Positions 18,799 through 29,070 of a DNA stretch of 64,000 nt are shown one piece after another; within the stretch, counting starts at the first letter, position 1, and each line of letters begins with the position of its first letter. Both the position numbers and the translations under genes were made by a program. Source of the stretch: a virus. The notes under the pieces were generated by a model. It was not told where the DNA came from. It ran no database searches and saw nothing but the letters and a program-made list of their open reading frames with translations. The stretch lies in the IMG/VR virus record IMGVR_UViG_3300033553_000478, positions 1 through 64,000 of that record; one strand, 5' to 3'.

Positions 18799-21036
18799 TC
18801 ATTCTGATGCTGAGGTCTGTTTTTGTGCGGCAACCTCTAATTCAGCTGCTTTTATCTTCTCTGCGGAGGTTACTTTTAATCCCTCTGTCAGGGCCTTATT
18901 GTTAGCGTAAATAGTGGCTACAACTTTTTCAGTTTCATTGCCTTCTCTGGCCTTCAACATATCCTGATCTCTCAATTCTTTCTCTGCAGCGGCTTGTGCT
19001 TCAGCTTGCTTAGCAGCATTTTCAGCAGCTTCAGCACGAAGTTTCTCTAAAGCATTAAGCATTCTCTGGAATACAGCTTTTTTCTCAGAAGCAGATTCTC
19101 CCTCAAAAACTTCAATCAATCCCATTATCATATCTGGGGCAGATTGTCCGGCATTACCCAGGGCAACTTCAGCTGCGGCATCAATACGATCAGAGGCCTC
19201 TTTATCTTTCCTACCATCGGAAAGATAAAGTCCGTAATCAGAATCAAAGAATTCCTTGAACATCTTCATGAACTTGGTCTTCATTTCTCCGAAAACGAAT
19301 TGAATCAATTCACCTTCTTCATAATCATATTTGCCTTTCATTATCACAGCTTCGCACAGAGCCTGTACAAAATCATCGAAAGGACCATAGATTATTTCTG
19401 TTCTGGCAGTACTTCCGCGGATAGCTTTATCTGTACCGGTAGCAGTTTGATACTGCCCGATCTGTCCTTCCCTCTCCGGAGAAATACCAACAAACTTTGC
19501 AGCAAGATCTTCTATAATGGCAAGTCCATTAAACAAATCCTGAATAGATCCCTTTTGAGATAAGTCAAGGGAAGTAAATTGGTTAAAGGTGTGCTTATTG
19601 GATTTTTTCTCTGCAGAGTTAATGATCATCAACTTATCTTTTTTGATGTGATGCATTACCCTGTTCAATCCATTTTCATAGGATCCTTTTGAAAATGCTT
19701 TCGGAGTCTGGGCAGCATCGTACACGAGTACCCGGCTATTTCCCGCAGACTTTAAAGCAAGACGTATTTCAAAAAGAACCTCCGAAGCAATTTCCTGCAG
19801 TTGATATAATTTAGCAGCTACAGATTTTATGTGAGAAGTACCGGTAGTATTATCCCTGATAATTGATATTACAGGAAGTTTACACTCATACGGATTTAGT
19901 TTGGTAGAATATCTGTGAGGCATTAACCCCCAATCCAGGCAAATATCTGGACCAATCATAATACAGAAACGTGGCATTTCGCCATCGATATGTTTTACGG
20001 TATCTGTCTTGCGGATCTCCTTTTCACTTTTCAGTTTTCGGTAAACCTTTTCTCCAGTTTTTTTGTTCTCGGCAATTTTAATGGAAACTCTTTTTCTGGA
20101 CTTCCACATTGCGTTAACCACTCTGATACGGCCAACCTTATTTGAAGTCTGGAACCATCCATTAGCTTTAGAAGTAACTCCCAGAGCTGAAGAGTCCATA
20201 TCTCCCTCGGTAGGAGTAGATAAGGTTTCAAAGTGTTTTTTTATTTTAGCTTTTTTATCTGCATCTAAAGTGAAGCTGTTGTAAACTTCATTTTCAGTAA
20301 GCCAATAATTCTCAAAGAAATATTCGTGATTCGCCTGTACAACACTGTAAGGATCTATATCGTAATCGGCATCTAAAGGATGCACGTTACGAGCTGTAGT
20401 GTAACCGTGCTTTTTGTCAAGGATCGCGTGGCATCTATCAGTAATACAGTAATTGATAAAAAGCTGAGGTAGCTTTTGCTTTTCCTTGCGAACGTCCAGG
20501 AATAATGAAAGCAGATTGTCCGCTACTTCCTCACCCAACATTTTGAAGTCTTTTTCAAAGAATTCTTCAATGTCTTTTGGTAATGGAACTTCAGGGTTTT
20601 CAGTTTCCGGAGTATACCCAAGATCTGCCTGCATCTTTTTGGTAAGATCCCGCATAATTTCTTCGCTGATCAGCTTTAGCTTTTCCTCGAATTTTGCGTT
20701 CATAGACTTCTTATCCACTACATAAGCCTTTCTCCGGATTGGACGTAACAGATATTCCCCAACGATCTGTTCCACCTTATTCTGAATAAGTGGGTAAACT
20801 ACATACTCAATCCCAAGGTCAGTACCATTAGGACAGGTAATAGCTTTTATTTTTGCCTGTTCCTCAGGACTCAACTCGCAGTTGTAGGCCCTGTAGTACT
20901 TGAGCATATTTGCTTTCTCGCTGTTATAATCTTGTGATAAAGAGAATTGAGCATACTGCAGCGGGTGTAACATATGCCATACTTCATCCTTTTCTGTTTC
21001 AGGAATGGTTTGATCGGGGAGAGAAAGAAGACTCAT
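18799..21036 (-). CDS. portal protein
   Basis: 745 aa directly after TerL; YPLIQNKVEQIVGEY and GISPEREGQI motifs; C-terminal coiled coil. Confidence 0.88.
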   Translation of the reverse strand: MSLLSLPDQTIPETEKDEVWHMLHPLQYAQFSLSQDYNSEKANMLKYYRAYNCELSPEEQAKIKAITCPNGTDLGIEYVVYPLIQNKVEQIVGEYLLRPIRRKAYVVDKKSMNAKFEEKLKLISEEIMRDLTKKMQADLGYTPETENPEVPLPKDIEEFFEKDFKMLGEEVADNLLSLFLDVRKEKQKLPQLFINYCITDRCHAILDKKHGYTTARNVHPLDADYDIDPYSVVQANHEYFFENYWLTENEVYNSFTLDADKKAKIKKHFETLSTPTEGDMDSSALGVTSKANGWFQTSNKVGRIRVVNAMWKSRKRVSIKIAENKKTGEKVYRKLKSEKEIRKTDTVKHIDGEMPRFCIMIGPDICLDWGLMPHRYSTKLNPYECKLPVISIIRDNTTGTSHIKSVAAKLYQLQEIASEVLFEIRLALKSAGNSRVLVYDAAQTPKAFSKGSYENGLNRVMHHIKKDKLMIINSAEKKSNKHTFNQFTSLDLSQKGSIQDLFNGLAIIEDLAAKFVGISPEREGQIGQYQTATGTDKAIRGSTARTEIIYGPFDDFVQALCEAVIMKGKYDYEEGELIQFVFGEMKTKFMKMFKEFFDSDYGLYLSDGRKDKEASDRIDAAAEVALGNAGQSAPDMIMGLIEVFEGESASEKKAVFQRMLNALEKLRAEAAENAAKQAEAQAAAEKELRDQDMLKAREGNETEKVVATIYANNKALTEGLKVTSAEKIKAAELEVAAQKQTSASE

Positions 21037-21062
21037 TTTGTGATAATTTTAAGTTAAAAGTA

Positions 21063-23249
21063 TTAATTAATATTCATATTCCGCTTATGCTCTTCCAGAA
21101 TGAATGCGAAAGTATCATTCCCATACTTGGCCATTATCTCATCACGTTCCTCTTTTACTTTCTGTACAGCACTATTTTTAGATTCCTGGTATTGGCGTTT
21201 TTCATCACCTTCCAGATCATATTCCGGATCAAATATTGATCTCGACTCATTGTAATCATAAGGGTTATTATCCCGGTAATCTTCAGCGTAACTTTTAAAT
21301 TTATATTCTCCATTCTCAATTACCCAAGTTCCCATATCATCGATAATATCTCCATCTCTGGAGTCTTCATCAATACCATCGGAAATTTCACCAAACATTT
21401 CCAACTTATAGAACATACACATTGCATAAGCAGAACCTAAATCCGAGTTCTTATCACCGAAATCAATAAGGTGGTCTAAGATCTCTTCAAACCAAATATT
21501 GTTGAAGTTCTGGTTCACCTCTTTTTTCATTAGCCTGGTGGCAAAATTGAAAGCATACTGGTTCGGCATTTTTAAACCATACTGGTTTACAGCTCTGGAA
21601 TTATAACCGTGCTCCCCAAGATCTGGCCGAGCTTTCAAATGCTTCTCTCCATTGATATCAAGGAAATAATTTTTTATGGAAATTTTGGTATGCTCCAGTA
21701 ACATTTCAGAATCGTAGTAGACAGATAGCCTGAAAGTATTTGAGTAAAATTCATCGTCATTATCTGAGCTTCCCCTATCAAGGATATATGCTACTGGTAA
21801 ATCAAATTCTTTATTTGGACCACTGAATAATCGATATACAATAGTTGCCCCCAGCGATCCTGTTCCTTCGATCACATCATCATCATAACTATCACAACCA
21901 ATAATATCCGGATTGAATGGTAATCTTGAGTGGTCGATAGGATCCAGGATTTTTTTAATAGTTCCAAACTTCTCATTCTCCATAAATTTTATTGAAGAAC
22001 CTCTGTTGAAATGTATCTTATCAATTTCCTTTAAATCTTTTGCCCTGGAAACAAGCATTTTTGTTTGACTATCCTTAGGTACCCATTCCAAAGTTCCGGT
22101 TACGATTGGATAAGGACAATTTTCTAAATTGTTCTTTTGAGCATTAAGCTTTTTACGGTTTAATAAACCTCCGGAGTTTTTAATGAAGATATCAGACTCT
22201 TTCAGCGGATAGGATTGAATGTGTTTTACATATCCTTCCGCTCCCTCTTTTTCAGCACGTTCTTTTAGAATGTGCTTCAAAGCAGCCTCTTTGTTTGTAC
22301 GTCCGGTTTTGAAATCAAAGAATGAAATCTTCTTTCCGGTTTTTTCATCAGCAACACCATCCCCAGGATAGAAATCTGTAGAAGAAACGAATATCTTCTT
22401 CAGGTTATATTTCTCCGGGTTATCCCACATAATTTTATAACCCTTGGATCCTTTTTCAATTTCTCCACCGGTACCATAAATAAGCGGAGTTCCAAACTGA
22501 TCAGCTCCGTTTCTAAAACAAGGTTCAGTCGATTTGTAGGCAGCAATGATATCATCGAACAAACCGGCTTCCTCAAATACAGCCATTGAAAGAGTCTTAC
22601 CCTCGAATCCTGTTGGCTTGGCATACATCGTCTTCATATACATTGAAGACATAAGGCCACCCTCTTTCTGCTGTTTGTTCTCGGTATACCAGTAGCTTAA
22701 ACGAATTTCATCTTTGTTTTTTACACTGGTAGCTGCGCGATATTCTTCGCGAACATTGTCAAGGATATACCGAACTTTCTCATAGAAATCCTGAGCTTTA
22801 TCATCCTGTCCGGCAGCTACTCCAATCCTGTTGCCTTTGTAAAAAAGCAATTCGTATGCGCAAGCAGAGGATCCGAACCAGGACAATCCCACTCGACGTG
22901 GCTTACCTATGATCAGTCCATACATTCCACGCTTGGCATCATCCAGCGCATTGTACAAAACCCTGTCAAGTTCCCTGTAAAAAGGAGAACCCATAGTTTT
23001 CCGAGTTGCCCCGGGTTCCATGAGTTCTATATTACAGTTATTCAGGTAAAAATAATGCACCCCTGTTATCGACGGCATAAATGGCTTAGGCCGATATCCA
23101 GTAATACATCTGAGATCTTGTAAATCCCAGAAATCATCGTATGCTATAGTCCCTGGATTATAGTCAGGAATCTCCATATGAACCAATGGTTTATAGAGAT
23201 TACTGTCAAATTTATTCCAGTCAATGTTAACTTGCATATTGGGGGGCAT
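21063..23249 (-). CDS. terL: terminase large subunit
   Basis: ITGVHYFYLN; Walker A-like KPRRVGLSW; Walker B FEEAG; GTGG; nuclease motif IGCDSYD. Confidence 0.92.
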   Translation of the reverse strand: MPPNMQVNIDWNKFDSNLYKPLVHMEIPDYNPGTIAYDDFWDLQDLRCITGYRPKPFMPSITGVHYFYLNNCNIELMEPGATRKTMGSPFYRELDRVLYNALDDAKRGMYGLIIGKPRRVGLSWFGSSACAYELLFYKGNRIGVAAGQDDKAQDFYEKVRYILDNVREEYRAATSVKNKDEIRLSYWYTENKQQKEGGLMSSMYMKTMYAKPTGFEGKTLSMAVFEEAGLFDDIIAAYKSTEPCFRNGADQFGTPLIYGTGGEIEKGSKGYKIMWDNPEKYNLKKIFVSSTDFYPGDGVADEKTGKKISFFDFKTGRTNKEAALKHILKERAEKEGAEGYVKHIQSYPLKESDIFIKNSGGLLNRKKLNAQKNNLENCPYPIVTGTLEWVPKDSQTKMLVSRAKDLKEIDKIHFNRGSSIKFMENEKFGTIKKILDPIDHSRLPFNPDIIGCDSYDDDVIEGTGSLGATIVYRLFSGPNKEFDLPVAYILDRGSSDNDDEFYSNTFRLSVYYDSEMLLEHTKISIKNYFLDINGEKHLKARPDLGEHGYNSRAVNQYGLKMPNQYAFNFATRLMKKEVNQNFNNIWFEEILDHLIDFGDKNSDLGSAYAMCMFYKLEMFGEISDGIDEDSRDGDIIDDMGTWVIENGEYKFKSYAEDYRDNNPYDYNESRSIFDPEYDLEGDEKRQYQESKNSAVQKVKEERDEIMAKYGNDTFAFILEEHKRNMNIN

Positions 23250-23318
23250 TTAAAAAGGTAAAGACACCGGCTCTTTCGAACCGATGCCTCTACAGGAAAC
23301 AAAGAAGGATCGTAATCA

Positions 23319-23942
23319 TCATCGTTTTTCCTTATAAAATGAGTTTTTCTTCTCTATTTTCTGCTCAAGCCTGGATAGCTTATATCCATTTCTCACAGGA
23401 GATTTTTCATAAACATCTTTACCTTGAATTATTTTTTCATATTCTTTGATATCATTGTTTACATCTCGGAGACTGGCAGCTACATTTTTCGGATTTTCAA
23501 AAAGGATTTCTTTTCCATTTTCATCCTTAATCCCTTTATTATATTTTTCTTCAGCTTCTCTAAGCCGCTCCATCATAGTGACTTTTCGCTGGTAATGGAT
23601 TTTTCCTTCTTCTAAAGTAGGATCATACTGCAGTTCATCATATCGTTTTAGAGCAATCTGTATTGGATCGTAAGGCCAATTAAAAGCTTCACGTTTCCCG
23701 GTAACTTCTTCCATGGCAGCTTTAGGTCTATCCTTCTCACTATAAAACCTGACCACTGAAAGGTTATCTACCACAAGTGCAATAGCAGTCATACAATGAA
23801 TTCCGGGGTATTCTTCTTTAGAATCAAACCTTAATGACTCATCCATAAGCACATCACGAAAAGCTTTGACGGCAAAAATACCGTCATACTCTCCTTCGTA
23901 ATAAAGAAGTCCTGTTTTCTTGTTAATTTCTGTTAAATACAT
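23319..23942 (-). CDS. putative terminase small subunit / packaging-associated protein
   Basis: Helical 207-aa protein directly upstream of terL with its own promoter element. Confidence 0.45.
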   Translation of the reverse strand: MYLTEINKKTGLLYYEGEYDGIFAVKAFRDVLMDESLRFDSKEEYPGIHCMTAIALVVDNLSVVRFYSEKDRPKAAMEEVTGKREAFNWPYDPIQIALKRYDELQYDPTLEEGKIHYQRKVTMMERLREAEEKYNKGIKDENGKEILFENPKNVAASLRDVNNDIKEYEKIIQGKDVYEKSPVRNGYKLSRLEQKIEKKNSFYKEKR

Positions 23943-23947
23943 CTTAA

Positions 23948-23955
23948 CAAATGTA
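23948..23955 (-). promoter_or_regulatory. Bacteroidota -7 element of the packaging operon
   Basis: TACATTTG on the minus strand, 5 nt before the ATG at 23942. Confidence 0.55.
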
Positions 23956-23988
23956 AAAAAAAAGAGATAGCGTTAACTATCTCTTTTT
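23955..23988 (-). terminator. intrinsic, probably bidirectional terminator ending the GroEL operon
   Basis: AAAAAGAGATAG-CGTTAA-CTATCTCTTTTT. Confidence 0.75.
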
Positions 23989-24002
23989 CAATTCTTATGA
24001 AA

Positions 24003-24305
24003 TTAATTTTCAAGGAACTTTTTTACGTGCCTTTCGATCTGTCTACGGCTCAGAAATATGAGGTATCTTTTCTCAAGTATTTCATATATCTCTTGCCGGG
24101 TTTTATTGGGGTAAAGTTTTTTTAGGAATTCTGTGAGAAACCCAATTCGATAAGTCTGTTTACCCTCTATTCTTTCCGGAATTCTGAATTGAAGTTTCAT
24201 TTCTTCTTCAAGATCAATGAGGACTTCTAAATGTTCAGGCCGTAAATCACCAAGTTCAGGCTTATCAAATCGTAATGTTATTTCTCCTTTCTCTCCGAAT
24301 ATCAT
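24003..24305 (-). CDS. hypothetical protein, possible C-terminal HTH
   Basis: IYEILEKRYLIFLSRRQIERHV is HTH-like. Confidence 0.4.
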   Translation of the reverse strand: MIFGEKGEITLRFDKPELGDLRPEHLEVLIDLEEEMKLQFRIPERIEGKQTYRIGFLTEFLKKLYPNKTRQEIYEILEKRYLIFLSRRQIERHVKKFLEN

Positions 24306-24697
24306 ACCCTTTTTTCCTTTGAACGTTTGTTCAATTTCATAACTTTCTTTTCCTCCTTAGGCGTTAGAGGTTCTTTCTCTTTAGGAGCATGCTCAACTTT
24401 TTCATTTTCAAAAGCTGTCACCAAAGAAAGCATAACCTTAGGAGTGGTACCGCCAAAATCTCTTTCAATTCTACCGAAGATCTCTTTATCAAGCTCATCT
24501 ACAATTTCATTGTTCTTAGTGATTTTACCTCTCAGATTCATTTCAAGTCGAGATTTATAACTCAAACTCACTTTACCTTCCTGGTAAGCTTTTTCTACGG
24601 ATCCAAAGAAACCGTGCATTTGCTCACTACCCATTTGAATAATCTGCTGAGCAGATATCAGTAATGTAGTTGGCTGATCTTTTAGTTGTTTTCCCAT
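24302..24697 (-). CDS. hypothetical protein
   Basis: Translationally coupled ORF within the operon. Confidence 0.55.
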   Translation of the reverse strand: MGKQLKDQPTTLLISAQQIIQMGSEQMHGFFGSVEKAYQEGKVSLSYKSRLEMNLRGKITKNNEIVDELDKEIFGRIERDFGGTTPKVMLSLVTAFENEKVEHAPKEKEPLTPKEEKKVMKLNKRSKEKRV

Positions 24698-24948
24698 TAG
24701 ATAGATTTGTATTTAATTTTCTTATTTCCTTTAATGTGCTTGACAAAGTACCCGCTTGAGCTGGGTGCATCGTACATAGTTTTCCATTGTCCTGCAGATA
24801 CAGGAATATAACTGTAAACACTATCATTCGTTTTGAAATGAACATATAATGTTTGTGCTGCAGGGTTGTAAACTACCTCTTCAATAAGAGAGCTTTCAGG
24901 TGTCTTTTTACGTGGCCAGTCAGGGTTCACGGGTACTTTATGGTCCAT
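24697..24948 (-). CDS. KTSC domain protein
   Basis: SSLIEEVVYNP..QTLYVHF...VYSY..V......APSSSGYFVKHIKG. Confidence 0.85.
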   Translation of the reverse strand: MDHKVPVNPDWPRKKTPESSLIEEVVYNPAAQTLYVHFKTNDSVYSYIPVSAGQWKTMYDAPSSSGYFVKHIKGNKKIKYKSI

Positions 24949-26597
24949 TAATAACCAGGGGGATTTTGAAATTTCTTATATACTTCAGGATCTACGATAA
25001 CACATTCCGTAGTAAGTAGCATTCCGGCTATAGAGGCAGCACTTTCCAGCGCAACTCTTGTAACCTTTACAGGATCCATAATGCCGGAAGCGATCATATC
25101 ATCGCAAACTTTCCCGGTTCTGGCATCATAACCAGCACTGAAATTATCTGCAATTTTCCTGAAATCCATTTCCTCTAAATCTACTCCAACATTTTCAATG
25201 ATCATTCCGAAAGGTTCGCGTATAGCTCTAAGAACAATATTTGCTCCATACATTTTACTGGCATTTCTTTCTTTGGTGTCAAACTCAATAGTCGAAAGAG
25301 TTAATAATGCAGCTCCACCTCCAGGAATAATCCCTTCTTCATTTGCGGACTTTACCGCGTACAAAGCATCCTGAATCCTTCCTTGTTTCTCGATATATTC
25401 AGAATCGGAACGAGCGCCTATATTGATATAAGCAATTCCGTCTGATATCCTGGAGATACGAGTCTGCAATTGTGACTTCTCAAACTGCTGAGTAGTATTT
25501 TTCAAAACTTCCCGTAAATGATCAGCACGATCGGCCATTCTTTTCTGAATAACCTCATCCTCTTCATCGGAAACTCCAAAGGCACCTTTGATAGAAGTTA
25601 CCTGTTCCTGAACAGTAACTTCTTCAGACTGGGGAAGGTAATTGAAAATCTCTGCCGTAGGAAGATCTTCAAACTGTGTTCCTTCATTTTCAATGAAAGG
25701 ATCCTTACCCAATACAGCTCCTAAATCCCGAAGTAATTCCTCAGTTTCATTTCCGAAACCTGGGGCCCTTACTACACAACATTTGAAACCAGCTCTGGTA
25801 ACATTGTAGATAAGCATATCCTGAATGAGATCGTCAATGCCTGGGCAAATGATCAGTAAAGCTTTTTGAGTTCTACCACATTCCATTATCAGATGTTCCA
25901 AATTTGGCTCCATTTTGGAAAGCTTCTTATTGGTCATAAACACATAAGGCTCTTCCAAAATACAAGTTTCCTCTTTGTGGTTGTTTATGTAATATCTGGA
26001 ACGGTACCCGGTAGGTAAGGTCATACCTTCGATACTTGTCATATGCGTGACATAATCATTCGACCGCTTAATGTTTACAATTCCTTGTCTTCCTGCTACC
26101 TTAAAAGCTCTGGTCACAATATCTGCAGCTTCCTCATCATTGTTGGAAGCAACCAGGGCAACCTTTTTGAGCATTTCCAAATCATTCTCAACCGGCTTTG
26201 CTTTTTCAAGAAGCTGTTGAACGATTAATTCTACCGCTTCGTCGATACCCTTCTTAATATCGAGTAGGTTCAGTTCCTCAGGGAAATTTAATCCCTGTTG
26301 CAATATAGCTTCAGCAATAACAGTGGCGGTGGTAGTTCCATCTCCGGCTTTATTGTCGGTATTGTTGGCGATATCCTGCAGCGACTCAATGGCCACCATC
26401 TCAATAGGATCATCAGACCAAACCTGTCCGGCAACCGTTACTCCATCCTTGGTTGAGAATGGGCGGCTTTCCTGTCCGTTTCTAATTAAAACATTACGGC
26501 CAGATGGTCCTAATGTTACTTTTACTGCTCGGGCTATTTTATTGGCGCCCGCCAATAGGTTTTGGCGGGCCTCCAATGAATACATTGTTTTTTTCAT
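24948..26597 (-). CDS. groEL: chaperonin GroEL
   Basis: VKVTLGPSGRNV, TKDGVTVA, AGDGTTTATV, GIIPGGG, DPVKVTRVAL; lacks the GGM tail. Confidence 0.95.
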   Translation of the reverse strand: MKKTMYSLEARQNLLAGANKIARAVKVTLGPSGRNVLIRNGQESRPFSTKDGVTVAGQVWSDDPIEMVAIESLQDIANNTDNKAGDGTTTATVIAEAILQQGLNFPEELNLLDIKKGIDEAVELIVQQLLEKAKPVENDLEMLKKVALVASNNDEEAADIVTRAFKVAGRQGIVNIKRSNDYVTHMTSIEGMTLPTGYRSRYYINNHKEETCILEEPYVFMTNKKLSKMEPNLEHLIMECGRTQKALLIICPGIDDLIQDMLIYNVTRAGFKCCVVRAPGFGNETEELLRDLGAVLGKDPFIENEGTQFEDLPTAEIFNYLPQSEEVTVQEQVTSIKGAFGVSDEEDEVIQKRMADRADHLREVLKNTTQQFEKSQLQTRISRISDGIAYINIGARSDSEYIEKQGRIQDALYAVKSANEEGIIPGGGAALLTLSTIEFDTKERNASKMYGANIVLRAIREPFGMIIENVGVDLEEMDFRKIADNFSAGYDARTGKVCDDMIASGIMDPVKVTRVALESAASIAGMLLTTECVIVDPEVYKKFQNPPGY

Positions 26598-26598
26598 A

Positions 26599-27486
26599 TT
26601 ATACTTTCTGGGCTCCTAAGATTACTCCAAGGTGGAATTTTGCCTGTTGTGCGTGCACATAGGCCTGGGTTCTACAAATGGCTGCATTTCTGGAATTGTA
26701 ACCAAGATCGAAATAGTTCAAATCTACAGAGTCGATCCAATCAATGATTTTATCAAGATCTTTTCTCAGCTGAATAGTAGCTTTGAAAGTATCAACCAGG
26801 TTAAAGCGATTAAGCTCTGCCTTGAAGTGATTGCTATCATCGTGATCTGCAGTAGCAGGAATTTCATTTCTTCCCTGAATTTTATCCTCTCCGGAGTAAG
26901 GGTTCTCAGAACCAAATGCTGCAAGGAGTTTACCCAACCAGGCTTTAGCTAAGAAAATATCTGTTTCCGGAGTGGCATTAATCCTGTGATGCGCCTGAAG
27001 GAAATGAAATAATTTGTCAAGATCCAGCCTATAGCCTTTTATCTCAGCAATCATTTCCTGCTTAGCTTCTTCATTTGCCTGGTCAATCGCAGCCTGCTCT
27101 TCCTCAGTAATCTCTTCATCATTTACCTGAAGCTGCTGCTGATCTGCAACCACATTAGGATTGGCGAATTTTGATTCGTCGTCCTCGGTACCAGGATTAG
27201 CATCTTTGATATCCTGAATACGTTTGTCGATCATTTCAAATGCACCTTTACGGTGATCATCACGAAGTTCAATCTCACGAAGCTGCTCAAGTTGAGCTAT
27301 ATCATTGATATCATCTACTTCTTTTTGAAACTCCGGAAGGAAATTATCTTGAATCTCTTCAAGATCTTTCTTCTCTGGCTGCTCATCGCCCGCAAGGACT
27401 TTAGCATCACTTGATGGTTGAACTTCTTTAGTAGCTTCTACCTTTGCGGGAGCTGGGGTTGTGGTTTTCTTAGTGGCTTTGGCCAT
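26599..27486 (-). CDS. hypothetical acidic protein between groES and groEL
   Basis: 295-aa ORF with a low-complexity N-terminus. Confidence 0.55.
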   Translation of the reverse strand: MAKATKKTTTPAPAKVEATKEVQPSSDAKVLAGDEQPEKKDLEEIQDNFLPEFQKEVDDINDIAQLEQLREIELRDDHRKGAFEMIDKRIQDIKDANPGTEDDESKFANPNVVADQQQLQVNDEEITEEEQAAIDQANEEAKQEMIAEIKGYRLDLDKLFHFLQAHHRINATPETDIFLAKAWLGKLLAAFGSENPYSGEDKIQGRNEIPATADHDDSNHFKAELNRFNLVDTFKATIQLRKDLDKIIDWIDSVDLNYFDLGYNSRNAAICRTQAYVHAQQAKFHLGVILGAQKV

Positions 27487-27504
27487 CGTTTTTGAATTTA
27501 AAGA

Positions 27505-27804
27505 TTAATGATTGTTTTTATCCTGGTCCATACGCACCAGATATTTGTAGGCATCAGCAACCAATTCATATTTGCCAATGCCTTTAATCTCAATTTTATC
27601 GGAAAGATCAGTCTTGTAGTAAATGATCTTTCCTTCCCTGTCCTGGGGCAGATCTTCACCTACTTTTTCGATAATTCCAACGTGAACCGGCATAGTTTCA
27701 AGTATACGGGTTGAAAATTCTCCTTCCGGAACAGCGAAATAGTCCTTCAGGCGAGTAACTAAGTACTCTTTTGGGTTGATAACAATTTGCGAAACGTCTG
27801 GCAT
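27505..27804 (-). CDS. groES: divergent co-chaperonin GroES-like protein
   Basis: About 99 aa from ATG 27804; GIIEKVG...GKIIYY...IEIKG..YELV pattern; near groEL. Confidence 0.6.
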   Translation of the reverse strand: MPDVSQIVINPKEYLVTRLKDYFAVPEGEFSTRILETMPVHVGIIEKVGEDLPQDREGKIIYYKTDLSDKIEIKGIGKYELVADAYKYLVRMDQDKNNH

Positions 27805-27814
27805 TAATTTAAGT

Positions 27815-28273
27815 TTATTGGTTATAATTAAATTCAATAATAGTCCAATCATCAGCAATCATATCTGTCTGAGAAGCCAGCCAACCATTTACTATGGTGT
27901 TATCTGCAGCTTTCATGCAGATATAAGCTGTAACCTTTACCTCTGTTTCCTCGCTTCCGTGAACGAAAAACTCTTTCACTTTCCTTGGAATAGAAACAGC
28001 TCTTTCAACTATTGACATTGGAAGAGTATCTTCTGGCCGAATAAACAGGAACATATTTTTCCCATTCCATCCAGATCTTTTAACCATACAGCCATCTTTT
28101 AAAGCTGCAATAGCTTCACCGAAATTACCCCGGCCAAGGTGTAATGATCCGTAAGGACCAGGAGAAGCTTGAGAGTCTAAATGATCAATAGCTTCTTGAA
28201 CTAAATCAAGGGCGTTACCTCCATCGCCCGGAGATCTTAATGCGTGTCGAATGTCTAACAGTCTTTGTTTCAT
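27815..28273 (-). CDS. DUF2829 / Thoeris anti-defence Tad2-like protein
   Basis: NFGEAIAALKDG..VKRSGWNGKNMFL...GWLASQTDMIADDW. Confidence 0.85.
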   Translation of the reverse strand: MKQRLLDIRHALRSPGDGGNALDLVQEAIDHLDSQASPGPYGSLHLGRGNFGEAIAALKDGCMVKRSGWNGKNMFLFIRPEDTLPMSIVERAVSIPRKVKEFFVHGSEETEVKVTAYICMKAADNTIVNGWLASQTDMIADDWTIIEFNYNQ

Positions 28274-29070
28274 AATGTTGAAAATTGAAGTTTATTTAAA
28301 AATTTATGTAAAGCTTTATTCCACCTGGCATCAGCCAGCGCGTTATGTTCATCTTTTTGTTGGGGATAATCAGGTAATGTTTTTACCCATTTATGGTGAT
28401 CCTCCCGGGATATTGGAAAAGTTCCATTTTCGTGCATTCTCGCTCTTTCTGGCATTTCAATATGCCACATAGTAGCTTGAAGGGTAATTTCATCTTGCAG
28501 CTGCTTCAAGTCCAAGCAATACATAGGAAAACCCTTAGGCAGATCCATCATTGTACCGAATAACTGGCAGAAAACAACCCAATCATAATCGGCATAATAC
28601 GCCCAGAACTCAGGTTCAGCAGGTATCTTAATCTCTTCCGGTGGATTCACAAACATCAACACTTCTGTAGCAATTTTCTTATTGCTTTTCCCGTAAAAAT
28701 TGATCAATAATTTCAGGTGATATTTAGTAAAACCTGCACCAGCTGTACCAAAATACCTTCTAACAAAATTTTGATCGTGAATTGATTCTGCTTTAAACTC
28801 CCGAAATATTGGAAGCAGTACATTCTTCCGGATCCATTTGTTTTTCCAGGCGTGGTCCAGATTAAAATCTTTGGAAACAGCATAATACTCTCTGGAAGAT
28901 TTATACTTATCAGAAGTATGTCCCTCCCGGGTACTAAACAGAGGCGCTTCCTCTGAAACAATCCCTATACTTATCAGATCAATAGTTGGTTTGGTCTTGC
29001 CATAAGTGTAACCAAAAAACTTTTTAGGTTGGGGCCCCTCAATAAATTCAGTGTCTAAATAATATCTCAT
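28270..29070 (-). CDS. DEDDh 3'-5' exo(ribo)nuclease, Rv2179c-like
   Basis: YYLDTEF, LISIG, ADYDW, HNALADAR. Confidence 0.85.
   Translation of the reverse strand: MRYYLDTEFIEGPQPKKFFGYTYGKTKPTIDLISIGIVSEEAPLFSTREGHTSDKYKSSREYYAVSKDFNLDHAWKNKWIRKNVLLPIFREFKAESIHDQNFVRRYFGTAGAGFTKYHLKLLINFYGKSNKKIATEVLMFVNPPEEIKIPAEPEFWAYYADYDWVVFCQLFGTMMDLPKGFPMYCLDLKQLQDEITLQATMWHIEMPERARMHENGTFPISREDHHKWVKTLPDYPQQKDEHNALADARWNKALHKFLNKLQFSTL

Noticed and set aside
21063-23249. Intein or self-splicing intron in terL (also checked dnaB and the MCP gene)
   Set aside because: The ORFs are continuous and of normal length, with no splice-junction or homing-endonuclease motifs seen.
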